Of a stretch of 64,000 nucleotides of DNA, positions 25,385 through 38,901 are shown in pieces; within the stretch, counting starts at the first letter, position 1; each line of letters begins with the position of its first letter. The DNA is from Haliotis rufescens (lineage: Eukaryota). The notes below the pieces were generated by a model. That model was given only the letters and a program-made list of their open reading frames with translations, was not told the DNA's origin and did not search any database. Made by a program: the position numbers and the translations under genes. The stretch lies in contig NW_025964334.1 in NCBI RefSeq assembly GCF_023055435.1, positions 32,550,001 to 32,614,000 on the forward strand, written 5' to 3'.

Positions 25385-26094
25385 ATAAATCTGACAGCGG
25401 TCCCTGTATGTGGTCGTGGACAACCGATAAGAGCGGACTCATCCTCTGAAGTGAAGGGCCATTTAGATAAGTTTTAGGGCAGGGAAGATACACTAAAACC
25501 GGCACCTGAGAAATGGGCAATATTACACCCAGCGCATTAATCAACACTTCATTAACATAGTGGGAGGGTTAACGTGGTATATCCGAGATTTCGCTGTGAA
25601 TTGTGTTGAATAGACACCGGACATAAACATGCGACCAACGAGGTTTATAGCCTGTAGACAGGGGTGTATTTATGCAAGTGTCACAAAATTGAATTGGATA
25701 GTAGGTATAATGTTGCTTTAAACATACGTTGCAAAACGTATTGAAAATTGCTGACGTGACAAAAATGGCCCTCTAACATTGAATATGTGTTTTATATCAA
25801 CGCAATGTTGTATTATGAATTAAGGGTTTATCAAGTTTTAACCCAAGAAGTACACGTGTCCTATTTATCCTGAGAGACAAGCTCCGTAGATTCGGACTGT
25901 GTGACCGATGTCAAAGCGAACACGTATATCATTTCCGTCATCAGTGCAGCTGACAAATATTCAGATAGGGAACCCCTTGATCGAAATGAAGTGACACACG
26001 CACATGCACGCACACACACATGCAAAGACAGGCACACACTCGCACATCACAAGTATACAAACACATAATCACTCCATCTTACAGTCAAATAACA

Positions 26095-26146
<52 letters not shown>
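26095..26146. repeat. (CA)n microsatellite
   Basis: Direct inspection. Confidence 0.95.
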
Positions 26147-26149
<3 letters not shown>

Positions 26150-26884
26150 CCCTAATACAAAAAAAGATAGTTTAAATATATCGGCACATAATTCTTTCTT
26201 TCACAACATATTTCTTATGTTAAATGTTCTAAAATAGGACCATGAAACAAGTATTTTCAAAGTTTTCTTCTCAATTTTACACATATAATAGTAATAAATA
26301 TCGAAACAATGTTGCTTAATTAACATTGGAAAATACTCCTGGGTTGTGTATCTTTCCCTTCACAGCTCTGTCACCGATCAGACAGTTCCTTGACACGGAG
26401 GAAGAACGGGCGAATGAGGGCCAAGTTTCCTTATGACGGCACACCCGGAACAGGGATACCCGTTTAAACTACATTGACACTTCCCTATTCAGAAAGACAC
26501 TGAAAAAGAGACCGCAAATATTGCTATAGAACGTATAAACGCCTTCTTGTAAGTGAACCGACTGTTAATCTTTATAGAGAATAGCTATCTTTGAGGAAGT
26601 AAAGATTGACGATTATCAACTTCTTGGGGAATAGTTTCCTTGTTTTTGATGCGATCCCGAGGAACCGCTTGTTGGGCGTTGTTTACACTCTGTGTGAATA
26701 TCTTCCTGGATCGTCGATATTGAGTGTTTGGTCAGATTGTGTGCAGACGTGATCGCGATAAACATTTAAACATACGCTTTGTTACCATTTGATCTTGAGC
26801 TTTGCGGTGATGCCTATTTTTGATAATTGTTGTAAGTTATAAACATGGCCTTAATGATAATGTTTGCTGGGTATTATTTTATAT

Positions 26885-27142
26885 TTTTGTTGTTGTTGTT
26901 TAACGCCGCACTCGGCAATATTCCAGCTATATGACGGCGGTCAGTAAATAATCGAGTCTGGACCAGACAATCCAGTAATTGACATCACGAGCATCGATCC
27001 AGACAATTGGCATGACATGCATCAACCAAGTCGGCGGGCATGACCACTCGATCCCGTTAGTCCCCTCTTACGACAAGCATAGTCGCCTTCTACGGCAAGC
27101 ATGGGTTTCTGAATACCTAGTCTACTCAGGATCTTCACGGGT
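26885..27142 (-). mobile_element. SINE family B (non-tRNA head), full length
   Basis: Family match; TSD ttgctgggtattat at 26864-26877 and 27143-27156. Confidence 0.93.
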
Positions 27143-27780
27143 TTGCTGGGTATTATATCATTCGTCGAATGATTTACTAATCATTGTAAGGGACAGGTTA
27201 GGGGTCTGGGAGAGATAGGTCTTAGGACTGTATCATATTTCCCCCCCCCCCCCCCCCCCCCCGCCTTCACCTCCCCCATAATAAAAAGGTAACACTTTCT
27301 TCTCGCTCTCCCACATTTTTTTCATGTCGCCTCACCTCTCCCTATAATAAATGAGCAATCCCTAAACATGTCTTTTGTTCATGAAAACGCAATGATGAAA
27401 ATATAGATATGCGTTCGAGTCAATCACATGCGAAAGACCAGTCGGGTGAGTGAGTGTGTTGGGTTTAACCCAAGTATATTAACTATTTCCTAACTTCCTA
27501 ACTTATATATTCTTATACCTTTTAATGTTATCACGGAAAACAGGACATTGTTATTTGAGGAAACAAATATTTTTTACCAAATAATGCAAAACCGAATGCA
27601 TTTGTTTTCCTTCAATATATACACAAAGTTTCTATTTACTTTGACTTCAATGAATAAATATCTCGTATTTGCTCACGTGCATAATATCACCGCATTATTT
27701 ATATCGAGCACTCGGGGTAAGGCAATGACATATAGTCGTATTGTTATCTCCCTTTTATTGGTGTGAGAGGCATATTGGTG

Positions 27781-27835
27781 TGACCTTTGACCTTCCTATA
27801 TCACACTTCGTATTCAGCTGTGTGACCCCTGACCT
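27781..27835. promoter_or_regulatory. Pair of nuclear-receptor DR1 elements
   Basis: TGACCT-t-TGACCT at 27781-27793 and TGACCC-c-TGACCT at 27823-27835. Confidence 0.5.
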
Positions 27836-28108
27836 CCACGATAACCCACACCGAGCAGTTGTCGGGCAAAGATAAGGGTTGTTGATCTAGGAAATAAATT
27901 ACATTCATTTTCATGTACCGCTGTAAGTGTTTGGGCGCTTTGATTAATTATACACAAGACGTTGGTTTTCTCTGTGGTGATAACCAGCGTACATATGACG
28001 TTAATATTTATCAGTTTCTTTGAGTGCGACTAAATGGTAGCAAGTACAGTAGACACTGTTCGGGACCGAAGGAAATGTCGGACGAGTTTCATGGCTGAAC
28101 GCACCAGT

Positions 28109-28329
28109 TTTGTTTGTTTGTTTGTTTGTTGTTTAACGCCGCACTCAGCAATATTCCAGCTATTTGACGGCGGTCTGAAAAATAATCGAGTCTGGAATTA
28201 TGATACGGTAACATGCATTAACCAAGTCAGCGAGCCTGACCACCCGACCGTTAGTCGCCTCTTACGACAAGCTCAGTCGCCTTTTACGGCAAGCATGGGT
28301 TTCTGAAGACCCCCGGATCTTCACAGGTC
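28109..28329 (-). mobile_element. SINE family B, internally deleted
   Basis: Perfect 12-bp TSD gaacgcaccagt at 28097-28108 and 28330-28341. Confidence 0.93.
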
Positions 28330-29000
28330 GAACGCACCAGTCGTTCATTAAACGGGACCCATTAACTTGTAAGTCTGTACATGTACTGCTGCTGAGTTGT
28401 ACGAGGTTTTCTATTGTTGTGCTATGTAATCAGCTTGACTTTAGCATCAAGAGTCAGATCACGCCTGCTATGCCTTGCTTTGTATGTATTTCCGATGCTT
28501 CCAAAGCGACATCGCCTTGAGGAACAAAATGAGACATAAATCGTATGCCCATTTTAAGAATCGAACAGGGACTTACTTTCATGACAAGCAAATGCAATAA
28601 CTACAAGGCTACCTAAGCGCGATGTTCAGAGTGGTCTCCCCTTGCTTGGTTAAACGCAAGCTCCTTCCCAGCGCGTGACAACTTCATTACACTCTTGGTA
28701 TAGTAAAGAGAACTCCGCTAACGGGCTGTCGCTATGGGGAGCTTGCGTTAAACGTGGTTCCATGTATATTTACACAGCTGTCAGAAAACGTTTCAAACGT
28801 CGGCCTGTTGTGAAGAATTTAGTTGGGGCTAGGCAAACCAGTGGTCGATAGCATGAGTAACTACATATGACCCATATGTGATGACAGCCAGGTCACAGTG
28901 ACCACCCGGTTCCCATTGTAGTCGGATCTTACCTTCATTTTCAACAATATGTACAGTGGGCGTGAGAACGTTGTGCCATTGATGGGTTTGTACCTACAGT

Positions 29001-29344
29001 GACCGCCTCCGTGGTCTAGAGGTAGAGCGTCCGCTCGGAGAGCGGAACGTCCGGGGTTCATACCAAAAGACGTAAAAATAGGGGACTCGTTGTTACCCTG
29101 TCTGGCGCTCGACAGAAAAGGGGCTAAAACAAGAACTGGTCGGCTCGGAGTCAGTATACTGTGTCTGAGTGGGGTATTCATGTTAAACTGCGGCATGGTA
29201 TCTCAGTGGGCTAGCACCATAAATCGGCATCAGTCCGGACTAATACGAGCGGACACACACACACACACACACACACGTGCATGCACGTCGCTATATAAGT
29301 GCAATAATCTTGGACGCGACGTTAAACCTAAATTGTACCCCACC
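29001..29344 (+). mobile_element. SINE family C (V-SINE-like), full length
   Basis: tRNA-like head; central cataccaaaagacgtaaaaa...cctgtctggcgctcg resembling the V domain; internal (CA)n. Perfect TSD ttgtacctacagt at 28988-29000 and 29345-29357. Confidence 0.93.
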
Positions 29345-30311
29345 TTGTACCTACAGTGGTTAGGCAGGCGGGTGAGGGTTGTTGGGGGCGGGGAAATACA
29401 CCAAATACACCCCCCTCCCCCCTCCAGAACCTTACAGGATCCGCCACTATTATTCCTTTTGGGACATATAACTTGGCGCAAGAATCCCTCAAGGAAATAG
29501 CAATGTTTATTAATCCACACACAGACGTAGCAACGCTTGTCTTTGTAATAGACATCCTCAATAACATACGTATGTCTTTGAAAACAATAGAACACGTGCG
29601 TTTCTGATGCACATCCTTTAAAAACCGCAAGACTACGTCTGAAAGCCTGTCCATATGCAAAACTTGGCTGGGAATGTACGCTACGCCCCCTGTTGGAATG
29701 TAAGGCCGGTAACTCTTGTCTTCTCGCCGTTTGTTCACGACGAGCAACAGACTTGGCAATCTAACAATTATGTACTCTGCGTTTCCGTCTCGAGGGGAAC
29801 CATAGTCAAAACAAAAACACATCCAACTCACGTTTTGGCAGATTTAATACGCCACTGTAGATCAACAGTATGTATTTCAATCACCAAAGCTTTAATGTAG
29901 CCAACATTTCATGTTTTAGACCCACATGGCTGGCTTACGTTTTGGGTGTTTTCATTGCATGACAAATGGATGTGAATTTGGAAAGGCAGATATAGTCTCT
30001 GTATACAGTAGACTCCCACATTCTCTAACTTCTATCGTGAACACCCCGAGATGCACATTCCTCAAGCCATCTCCAACCTAGAGCTGTGTCGCTTGTCACT
30101 TAAGTATATAATTTGTATTTGTTTTATCTCAAAAGCAATTGACATATTTAAATGATTCACGCGCACACACATTTCTCAGCTCACCGGAAAATTATTGAAA
30201 TCACATTAACAATGCGTTTGTTATTTAACCATTTCTAAACATACATGATTCCGTAAACTGTGTTCAAGCAGTAACGATCAATAGTCTTGGCTGCATCAGA
30301 CGACTCAGTAA

Positions 30312-31174
30312 TGCTACCATCACACCGAAGTTGTTCTATCCCGTTCTACCCCGTTCTAAACAAAATACTAGAACGGGCTGTGATCACGGTAGAACGCGTA
30401 GTTTGGCATACAATACGATGCTAGTTCGTTCATAAGCAGTCCTAAATACGTCGTTCTCGTTCTTAGCCAGTCTGCAGTCCGTTTGTATCTAGTTCAGATC
30501 GTGTAAAAGTGCCCGTTCACCTCATCCCGACAACGTTTCGAAGCAGTTCGAGCACTTCCGTTGCCGTTCTGAACCCGTTCTTAACCAGTTCAACCTCGTT
30601 CTACCCCGTTCACAATACGTCCAAGCCAGTTCTAACTAATTCTTAACCCGACCAACTCGTTCGCAGTACGTCCTCATCTCGTCCCAAGTGCGTGTGCATT
30701 CGCGTCCTGGCCCGTCCTGGCCCGACTCCTATGGATACCGAACACGTTGTAGCCAGTCTCCATTCAAGTTCAGGACTCCGAGCTGTACACATCATGCCTC
30801 CAAAGAGAAGTCGACCCGGTCGGTGTGCACGCGTACTGAAATTTATGTCCGACTGCACCACGTCGTAACACGTCCCTAGTAGGTTCGAAGTACGGCAATT
30901 CCGTTCATAATACGTCTTTCACGTTTTGAGTACGTTGTCAATCCGACTAATTGCAGTACGTTGTCAATCCGACTAATTGCAGAACGGGATGGACGGGATA
31001 AAATTTTGAGCAGACTCAAAGTTCTAGAGCACCCTCCCCGTCCGAGCCCGTCCGTGAAGTTCGTAAAAAGACTGCCAATAGTTGCTACAACGTCCACTAC
31101 GTTCATACACAGTTGGAGTCCGTTCGACAAAATTTTACGAACGTATTGAGAACTAGTTTGGTGTGATGGGGGTA
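30312..31174. mobile_element. PIF/Harbinger-like non-autonomous element
   Basis: Imperfect TIRs of about 26 bp (tgctaccatcacaccgaagttgttct / agaactagtttggtgtgatgggggta), TAA on both flanks, non-coding interior. Confidence 0.8.
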
Positions 31175-31611
31175 TAAGGAATCTTGGCGTCTGTTGGCCA
31201 AGTGGTTAAAGTGTTACCTAATCGCGCCAAAGAAGCGTCAAGGAACATAATCATGGCGAAACTTGCTTTCCGAACACGCGATCATCGGATCCTGTTGCGA
31301 CTAAGGGAAGCCACGATTCTTCCGTGCCCCCTATCTCCATGGTTGGCAATAAAGCCGTTTTCGCTGATAATTTACCAGAGTCAGTGATCCGCCGACATTA
31401 GCATCACTTGGTGAAAGTCGGTAACAACATCGTCGCCTTATCGTCAGTATCACTTTACCTTTAGTTTCGTCATGACCATTACTGTGCTTATCACTTCTAT
31501 CACCGCCGACAGTAGCGGTATCGTCGTCATCGTCACCACCTTGTAATCTACTAGTAGTACCGACTCCGTGAGATTCAGGTCATCATTGGTCTCCAGCTAC
31601 ATATTGTTATT

Positions 31612-31785
31612 GGTCGTAAGAAGCAAAATCGGGTGGTCATGCTCTGTGACTTGGTTCATGGCGTGTCAACATACCCCGACCGCGTGGACCGTTGCTCATA
31701 ATATCAATCACTGGATTGTGACTCCATTATTTACAGGCAGCCTTCATATAAGTGGAATATAGCTGTACGAGTGCGGCGTTTAAAA
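31612..31785 (+). mobile_element. SINE-B degraded 3' part
   Basis: atcgggtggtca...aatcactggattgt...gagtgcggcgtttaa. Confidence 0.7.
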
Positions 31786-31789
31786 ATAG

Positions 31790-32056
31790 GACCGCATCCG
31801 TGGTCTAGCGGTAGAGCGTCCTCCGGGAGAGCGAAAGGTCCGAGGTTCGATTCCCTGCCACGTCATATGAAAAGATGTTAAAATATGGTACTTGTTGTTA
31901 CCCTGTCTGGCGCTCGGCATGAAAGGGCTTAAACAAGGACTGGTCGACTCGGAGTCAGTATACTTTGTCTGAGTGGGGTATTCATGTTAAACTGTGGTAA
32001 GGTATCTCAGTGGGCTAGCACTATAAATCGGCATCAGTTCGGACTAGTACAAGCAG

Positions 32057-32103
<47 letters not shown>

Positions 32104-32175
32104 CACACACACACGCGTGCATGCCATAGAAGAAGAATAATCTTGGACGCGAATAAACAATAAACAAAGCAAATA
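31790..32175 (+). mobile_element. SINE family C
   Basis: B box ggttcgattcc, family body and an expanded internal (CA)n. Confidence 0.92.
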
Positions 32176-34165
32176 AACAAATTGTTACCGTCATCATCAT
32201 CATCATCATCATCATCATCGTCGTCTTCGTCGTTATCCATCTTCCCGAGGCAGGGGACTTAACTGACTATAAAAGCCCAGTGGAAACACCATCATCATCA
32301 CATCATCTTTTTCATATATACCATTTTAATTATTACCGTCGTTGTTGTCAGCACCACCGCCATCACCATCATTATCACTTACAGGTAAATACTTTTCTCT
32401 TCCACAAACATTCTCTTTCACACAGTGAAGTGAAGCCTATCGTATTGAAGTCATTCGGTGTTTTCAAGTGATATCCATTTTAGAGAGTTTTCACAGAATT
32501 AGAAAAAATAGTTTTAGGTGTAGGCTGACATGTTTCAAGTGCATGCTTGACAAATGAGATATTTAACATCAAGAAACACATGCACAAATAACTAACCGTC
32601 TCACTGTCGTTTGAAGTTATCTGCTGTGCAATCCGGTACGGACTTCTCGTGAATAGCAGTTGTGGACATGTAAGTACAGTTGGGCGTTAATGGGTTTGTC
32701 TTGTGCAATCCTTTTAAACGCCATTATTTATCAAAACATTTTAAAAAGTATAAATCATGCGTTTTAAAGTCACACATTCAACAAATTCCAATTGAAATGG
32801 ATATTGTTGATAAACAACACTTAAAACAGGGATTGGATTGTCAAAGAAACGAAACGAAGAAAATCATTAACTGCAGAGGAGGGTGAAAATGGAACTGAAC
32901 ACTTCTCTGTGTAAGTTGACACTTGAGCCAGGACGGTTTGACATCTTTAACAATGGTGCAAATCTATCAACACATTTCTGATTACAATGATATGGACGGT
33001 GCAGTTGCAGGGGATTCGAATTCGTATAATAAAACAGAAAGTCTAAAAAATCTGTTCACCCCTGTTAGCGGGTTTGAAATATTTAAAGGAAATTGGTCTG
33101 TTTTGTAACTTGTGAATTTGTGTTGAAAATCAAGTTTCTTAATTTCAGGACCTGACAGAGGGATAGGTATAAAATGTAGGGGTGATTTTGTTATTTAATA
33201 CAAGCTCTGGGGTCTGTTAGAGAGTACTACGTTAATGTTATATTTTACTGTTAAAACAAGATAAATTATATAAAATTGAATATGGAGTCAACGTTTTTAC
33301 ACTATTTGACCCTGCAATTGACTTTTAAATTAAATTTATTCAGTTTGACATGCGACCGGAATGAGTGACCACTGTTAACGTTCCCCCGCCATATTTGTCC
33401 GGCCGTGTTGTGGCCTGCTGACGGCGTGTGAACCCGCCAAACCGTCACAAAAAGCAAATGGCCTTTCCCTCCCTTGCATTGACGTTTGATCTGACAAAAC
33501 AATGCATGCAAATAGGCCAGTTTAGATGTAAATACATGTCTCCTGTCCCTCCCAAAACAAGGAACTCGATCGCCACTGGGTTGCGACAAATTGAAACGTA
33601 GAGTTTAACTATTTGAGGCATAATGTGGCGGTCAGCTTTAGGTTAGCGCACTGGCGCGGTTAATGAAAGAGCAACAGCGGTAAAATGCCTGTTAATTTGT
33701 TCAGTCGGGCACAGGGTCCTCTTCTTTATTGGTTATTTATGGATGCAGATTGGGGCATTGTGGTAGGACGTGGGGCCATGTTGAGACAGAACACGGTGGC
33801 CTTTAAGAAGGACATTACCAGATAATGAGACATTAGTATGTACAATACGGCAATGATCACAATATAGATCGCAGTTCTACCAATTCAGTGTTGGACATTA
33901 CAACAGGAAAATGGGTTGTTAGAAATTATTTTTTCTGTTGTACGACCGAAGAAATATTTGTTGGGTGATTTAGCTTTTTCTTTCTATATAGTATAAAGAC
34001 CGTTTCTGTAGTGAAATGGAGGCAATGGGAGTTTATAAAGGCGTTTACGATGACAATATAAATAAAGAAATTATTTTGCCCACAGGTGCTGTTAATAGAT
34101 TGCAATGTAGAAATAATGAGATCTGGTTGACCACCTGTTTAATAATGATATGCTGACTGAGAATA

Positions 34166-34372
34166 CACTGCTGGGCAAAAGAAAGTATACACCCATGGTG
34201 GCTAATAAAGAAACAGACAAGAATTGGTTATTCGATGGTGATGTACTTTATACGGGTATAATAATTGTTGGTGTGTTTTGTACCTTTAGTTTGTTTACAG
34301 CCTTTGGAACGTTTGAATTTGTTTCCTCAAATCCAATTTTCAAGTGTGTGCTTTATTTTGCCCGGTAGTTTA
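34166..34372 (+). mobile_element. MITE family E, complete
   Basis: TIR-like ends cactgctgggcaaaagaaagtatacac / gtgtgtgctttattttgcccggtagt. Confidence 0.8.
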
Positions 34373-34933
34373 TATCTGCTGGGTATTTAATTTCCATTGT
34401 TTTGAGATTATCTATTCTATAGTCTAAAAAGTTTTTTTCGACATGTTTCATATTATTTACAACTGGATTTAAACATCTCTCAATTTCACTTCATTGTCTA
34501 GATTATGACAGTTCATTTGTCTCTATATGGATAAAAAATATAAGTGTGTAATGTTCTACACCCCTTGTAGCAATATTCCAGCAATACATCGGCTCGAGAC
34601 ACCAGAAATGGGCGCCAAACATTTTACCCGGAATTGAACCCGGGCCTTCGGTGTGACGAGGGGACGTTGAGAAGCACAGTATCGTCACACCGAAGACCGT
34701 GTTTTAATTCCCAACATGAGTACACTGTGTAAGCCATGATTTGGTGTACCTCGACGTGATGTATGGTTGATTATTCATGAAGGCAACTTACTTGGTCTGT
34801 TCTCTTACTGGTCAACCGTCCGGAGTGAACTTGACCCTCATGTAAGTCCGACGTTTGTCGTCTCGGATGATGCTGGACCCACTGAAGTGAGACATTTGTT
34901 TCAAGGCAAAGAAACGTCATTATCTCTTTTAAA

Positions 34934-35109
34934 AGTGAGTGAGTGAGTGAGTGAGTTTGGTTTTACTCCGCTTTTAGCAATATTCCAGCAACATCACGGC
35001 GGGGGACACCAGAAATTGGCTTCACACATTGTACCCATGTCAGGAATCGAACCCGGGTCTTCGGCGTGACGAGCGAACGCTTTAACCACTAGGCTACCCG
35101 ACAGCCCCC
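34934..35109 (-). mobile_element. SINE family A
   Basis: High identity to the family. Two degraded back-to-back A fragments also lie at about 34560-34760. Confidence 0.95.
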
Positions 35110-35311
35110 TCTCAAAAAAGACCATTGATTATTCTTTAACATTTTCAAATATAGCAAGCTGCATGCAAGAATACCATCAGTTGTTTCCTAAATATTTTAT
35201 TTATTGTAATATTATTTGTTTTCCTGCCTTTTATTACCTATTCAACGTAGTTAGGTTTTTAATATTGTGAGAATATTTTGTTCTCCATGGTCAATTTTAA
35301 ACTATAAAATT

Positions 35312-35520
35312 ATGTTTGTTTGTTTGTTTGTTTGTTTGAAATATCCCAACCAGATCACGGCGGTCTGGACCAGAAAAGCCAGTGATTGATTGCATGAACA
35401 ACGTCCCACACCGTCGGGGTACAATGACACGTAATCAACCAAGTCACCGAGCCTGACCACCGCTCCATTGAGTCGTCTCTCGACCAACATAGGCAACCTG
35501 CGACCTATATAACTCGGGTT
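35312..35520 (-). mobile_element. SINE-B, degraded
   Basis: (GTTT)n tail, and caaccaagtcaccgagcctgaccacc. Confidence 0.7.
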
Positions 35521-35564
35521 ATTTTGCTTATCTGAAAATGGAACCCGCTTTCTTGGGGGAAAGA

Positions 35565-35920
35565 GACCGCCTCCGTGGTCTAGTGGTAGAGCGTCCGCCC
35601 GGAGAGCGGAAACTCCGGGGTTCGATCCCCGACCGCGTCATACCAAAAGACGTTAAAAGATGGTACTTGTTGTTACCCTGTCTGGCGCTCGGCATTAAGG
35701 GGCTAAAACAAGGACTGGTCGGCTCGGAGTCAGTATACTGTGTCTGAGATGGGTATTCATGTTAAACTGCGGCATGGTATCTCAGTGAGCTAGCACTATA
35801 AATCGGCATCAGTCCGGGCTAGTACAAGCAGCCACAAAAAAACACACACACGTACATGCACGTCGCTATATAAGTGCAATAATCTTGGACGCGACGTTAA
35901 TCCCCATTTCACCTCACCTC
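35565..35920 (+). mobile_element. SINE family C, full length
   Basis: A box TGGTCTAGTGG, B box GGTTCGATCCC and (CACCT)n tail. Confidence 0.95.
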
Positions 35921-36253
35921 CTAGGGGAAAGTAGTGGCTTTAACCACTAAGCGGACACAGCGTCGGCTGTACAGCCTGCATCCTGTTCCCTGTTGTATCG
36001 TGTGAACAGGAAGATATAGCATAACACCACACTCAACATAAGTGTGAGCCCCATGCATTGTTCCATCTGCAGACCGAGTATCTCCTGCCCCCACCCGGAA
36101 CACCTGTTGTCTCTACGGTATCTCTCTGTGTGAAGAGGGAGATAACGCCGGACAAGTGTAACCGACTGTCAATTGCATAAATCACGAAATGTGAGCAAGG
36201 TAACAATTGAATCACACAACTGTTGATAGGGATACTCTTAGTTGTCAACTGTC

Positions 36254-38901
36254 TCGAGGGGTATGTGGTGCGATGTACCCTGTGTGTGAGTCTATGTACA
36301 CCCAGCTGCTACTCAAGGGGTGTATGGTGTGATATACCCTGTGTGTGAGTCTTTGTACACCCAGTCGCTACTCAAGGGGTGTATGGTGTGATGTACCCTA
36401 TGTGGAAGTCTATGTACACCCAGCCGCTACTCAAGGGGTGTATGGTGTGATGTACCTGATTTGGAATCTTTGTACACCCAGCCGCCACTCAAGGGGTGTA
36501 TGGTGTGATGTACCCTATGTGGAAGTCTATGTACACCCAGCCGCTACTCAAGGGGTGTATGTCGTGATGTACTCTGTGTGGAAGTCTTTGTACACCCAGC
36601 CGCTACTCGAGGGGTGTATGGTGTGATGTACCCTGTGTGTGAGTCTATGTACACCCAGCCGCTACTCAAGGGGTGTATTGTGTGATGTACCCTGTGTGTG
36701 AGTCTATGTACATCCGGCCGCTACTCAAGGGGTGTATGGTGTGATGTATCCTGTGTGTGAGTCTATGTACATCCGGCCGCTACTCAAGGGGTGTATTGTG
36801 TGATGTATCCTGTGTGGAAGTCTATGTACACCCAGACGCTACCCAAGGGGGGTATGGTGTGATGTACCCTGTGTGTGAGTCTATGTACACCCAGCCGCTA
36901 CTCAAGGGGTGCATGGTGTGATGTACCCTGTGTGTGAGTCTATGTACACCCAGTCGCTACTCAAGGGGTGTATGGTGTGATGTCCCCTGTGTGGAAGTCT
37001 ATGTACACCCAGCCGCTACTCAAGGGGTGTATGGTGTGATGTACCCTGTATGTGAGTCTATGTACATCCGGCCGCTACTCAAGGGGTGTATGGTGTGATG
37101 TATCCTGTGTGTGAGTCTATGTACATCCGGCCGCTACTCAAGGGGTGTATTGTGTGATGTATCCTGTGTGGAAGTCTATGTACACCCAGACGCTACCCCA
37201 GGGGGGTATGGTGTGATGTACCCTGTGTGTGAGTCTATGTACACCCAGCCGCTACTCAAGGGGTGCATGGTGTGATGTACCCTGTGTGTGAGTCTATGTA
37301 CACCCAGTCGCTACTCAAGGGGTGTATGGTGTGATGTCCCCTATGTGGAAGTCTATGTACACCCAGACGCTACTCAAGGGGGGTATGGTGTGATGTACCC
37401 TGTGTGTGAGTCTATGTACACCCAGCCGCTACTCAAGGGGTGCATGGTGTGATGTACCCTGTGTGTGAGTCTATGTACACCCAGTCGCTACTCAAGGGGT
37501 GTATGGTGTGATGTCCCCTATGTGGAAGTCTATGTACACCCAGCCGCTACTCAAGGGGTGTATGGTGCGATGTACCCTGTGTGGAAGTCTATGTACACCC
37601 AGCCGCTACTCGAGGGGTGTATGTCGTGATGTACCCTGTGTGGAAGTCTTTGTACACCCAGCCGCTACTCGAGGGGTGTATGGTGTGATGTACCCTATGT
37701 GTGAGTCTAGGTACACCCAGCCGCTACTCAAGGGGTGTATGGTGTGATGTACTCTGTATGTGAGTCTATGTACACCCATCCGCTACTCAAGGGGTGTATG
37801 GTGTGATGTACTCTGTATGTGAGTCTATGTACACCCATCCGCTACTCAAGGGGTGTATGGTGTGATGTACCATGTGTGTGAGTCTATGTACACCCATCCG
37901 CTACTCGAGGGGTGTATGGTGTGATGTACCCTGTGTGTGAGTCTATGTACACCCAGCCGCTACTCGAGGGGTGTATGGTGTGATGTACCCTGTGTGGAAG
38001 TCTATGTACACCCATCCGCTACTCGAGGGGTGTATGGTGTGATGTACCCTGTGTTTGAGTCTATGTACACCCAGCCGCCAATCGAGGGGTGTATGGTGTG
38101 ATGTACCCTGTGTGGAAGTCTATGTACACCCATCCGCTACTCGAGGGGTGTATGGTGTGATGTACCCTGTGTTTGAGTCTATGTACACCCAGCCGCCAAT
38201 CGAGGGGTGTATGGTGTGATGTACCCTGTGTGGAAGTCTATGTACACCCATCCGCTACTCAAGGGGTGTATGGTGTGATGTCCCCTGTGTGTGAGTCTAT
38301 GTACACCCAGCCGCTACTCAAGGGGTGTATGGTGTGATGTACCCTGTGTGTGAGTCTATGTACACCCAGCCGCTACTCGAGGGGTGTATGGTGTGATGTA
38401 TCCTGTGTGGAAGTCTATGTACACCCAGCCGCCAATCGAGGGGTGTATGGTGTGATGTATCCTGTGTGGAAGTCTATGTACACCCAGCCGCTACTCGAGG
38501 GGTGTATGGTGTGATGTACCCAGTGTTTGAGTCTATGTACACCCAGCCGCCAATCGAGGGGTATGTGGTGTGATGTACCCTGTGTGGAAGTCTATGTACA
38601 CCCAGCCGCTACTCGAGGGGTGTATGGTGTGATGTACCCTGTGTTTGAGTCTATGTACACCCAGCCGCCAATCGAGGGGTGTATGGTGTGATGTACCCTG
38701 TGTTTGAGTCTATGTACACCCAGCCGCCAATCGAGGGGTATGTGGTGTGATGTACCCTGTGTGGAAGTCTATGTACACCCAGCCGCTACTCAAGGGGGGT
38801 ATGGTGTGATGTAACCTGTGTGTGAGTCTATGTACACCCAGCCGCTACTCGAGGGGTGCATGGTGTGATGTACCCTGTGTGTGAGTCTATGTACACCCAG
38901 C
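36254..38901. repeat. 59-bp minisatellite, about 45 copies
   Basis: Unit gtacacccagccgctactcaaggggtgtatggtgtgatgtaccctgtgtgtgagtctat. Confidence 0.99.

Noticed and set aside
29693-29712. miR-1-like seed TGGAATGTAA
   Set aside because: The match ends after 10 nt and there is no precursor hairpin; I recognised no conserved miRNA by eye anywhere in the window.
29328-29831. 167-aa ORF (similarly the 171-aa ORF at 47943-48458)
   Set aside because: No recognisable domain or codon bias, and the first runs into a SINE/MITE remnant; lengths are compatible with chance.
36254-38901. CRISPR-like array (regular repeats with a hairpin)
   Set aside because: No unique spacers, no cas genes, and a eukaryotic context; it is a head-to-tail minisatellite.
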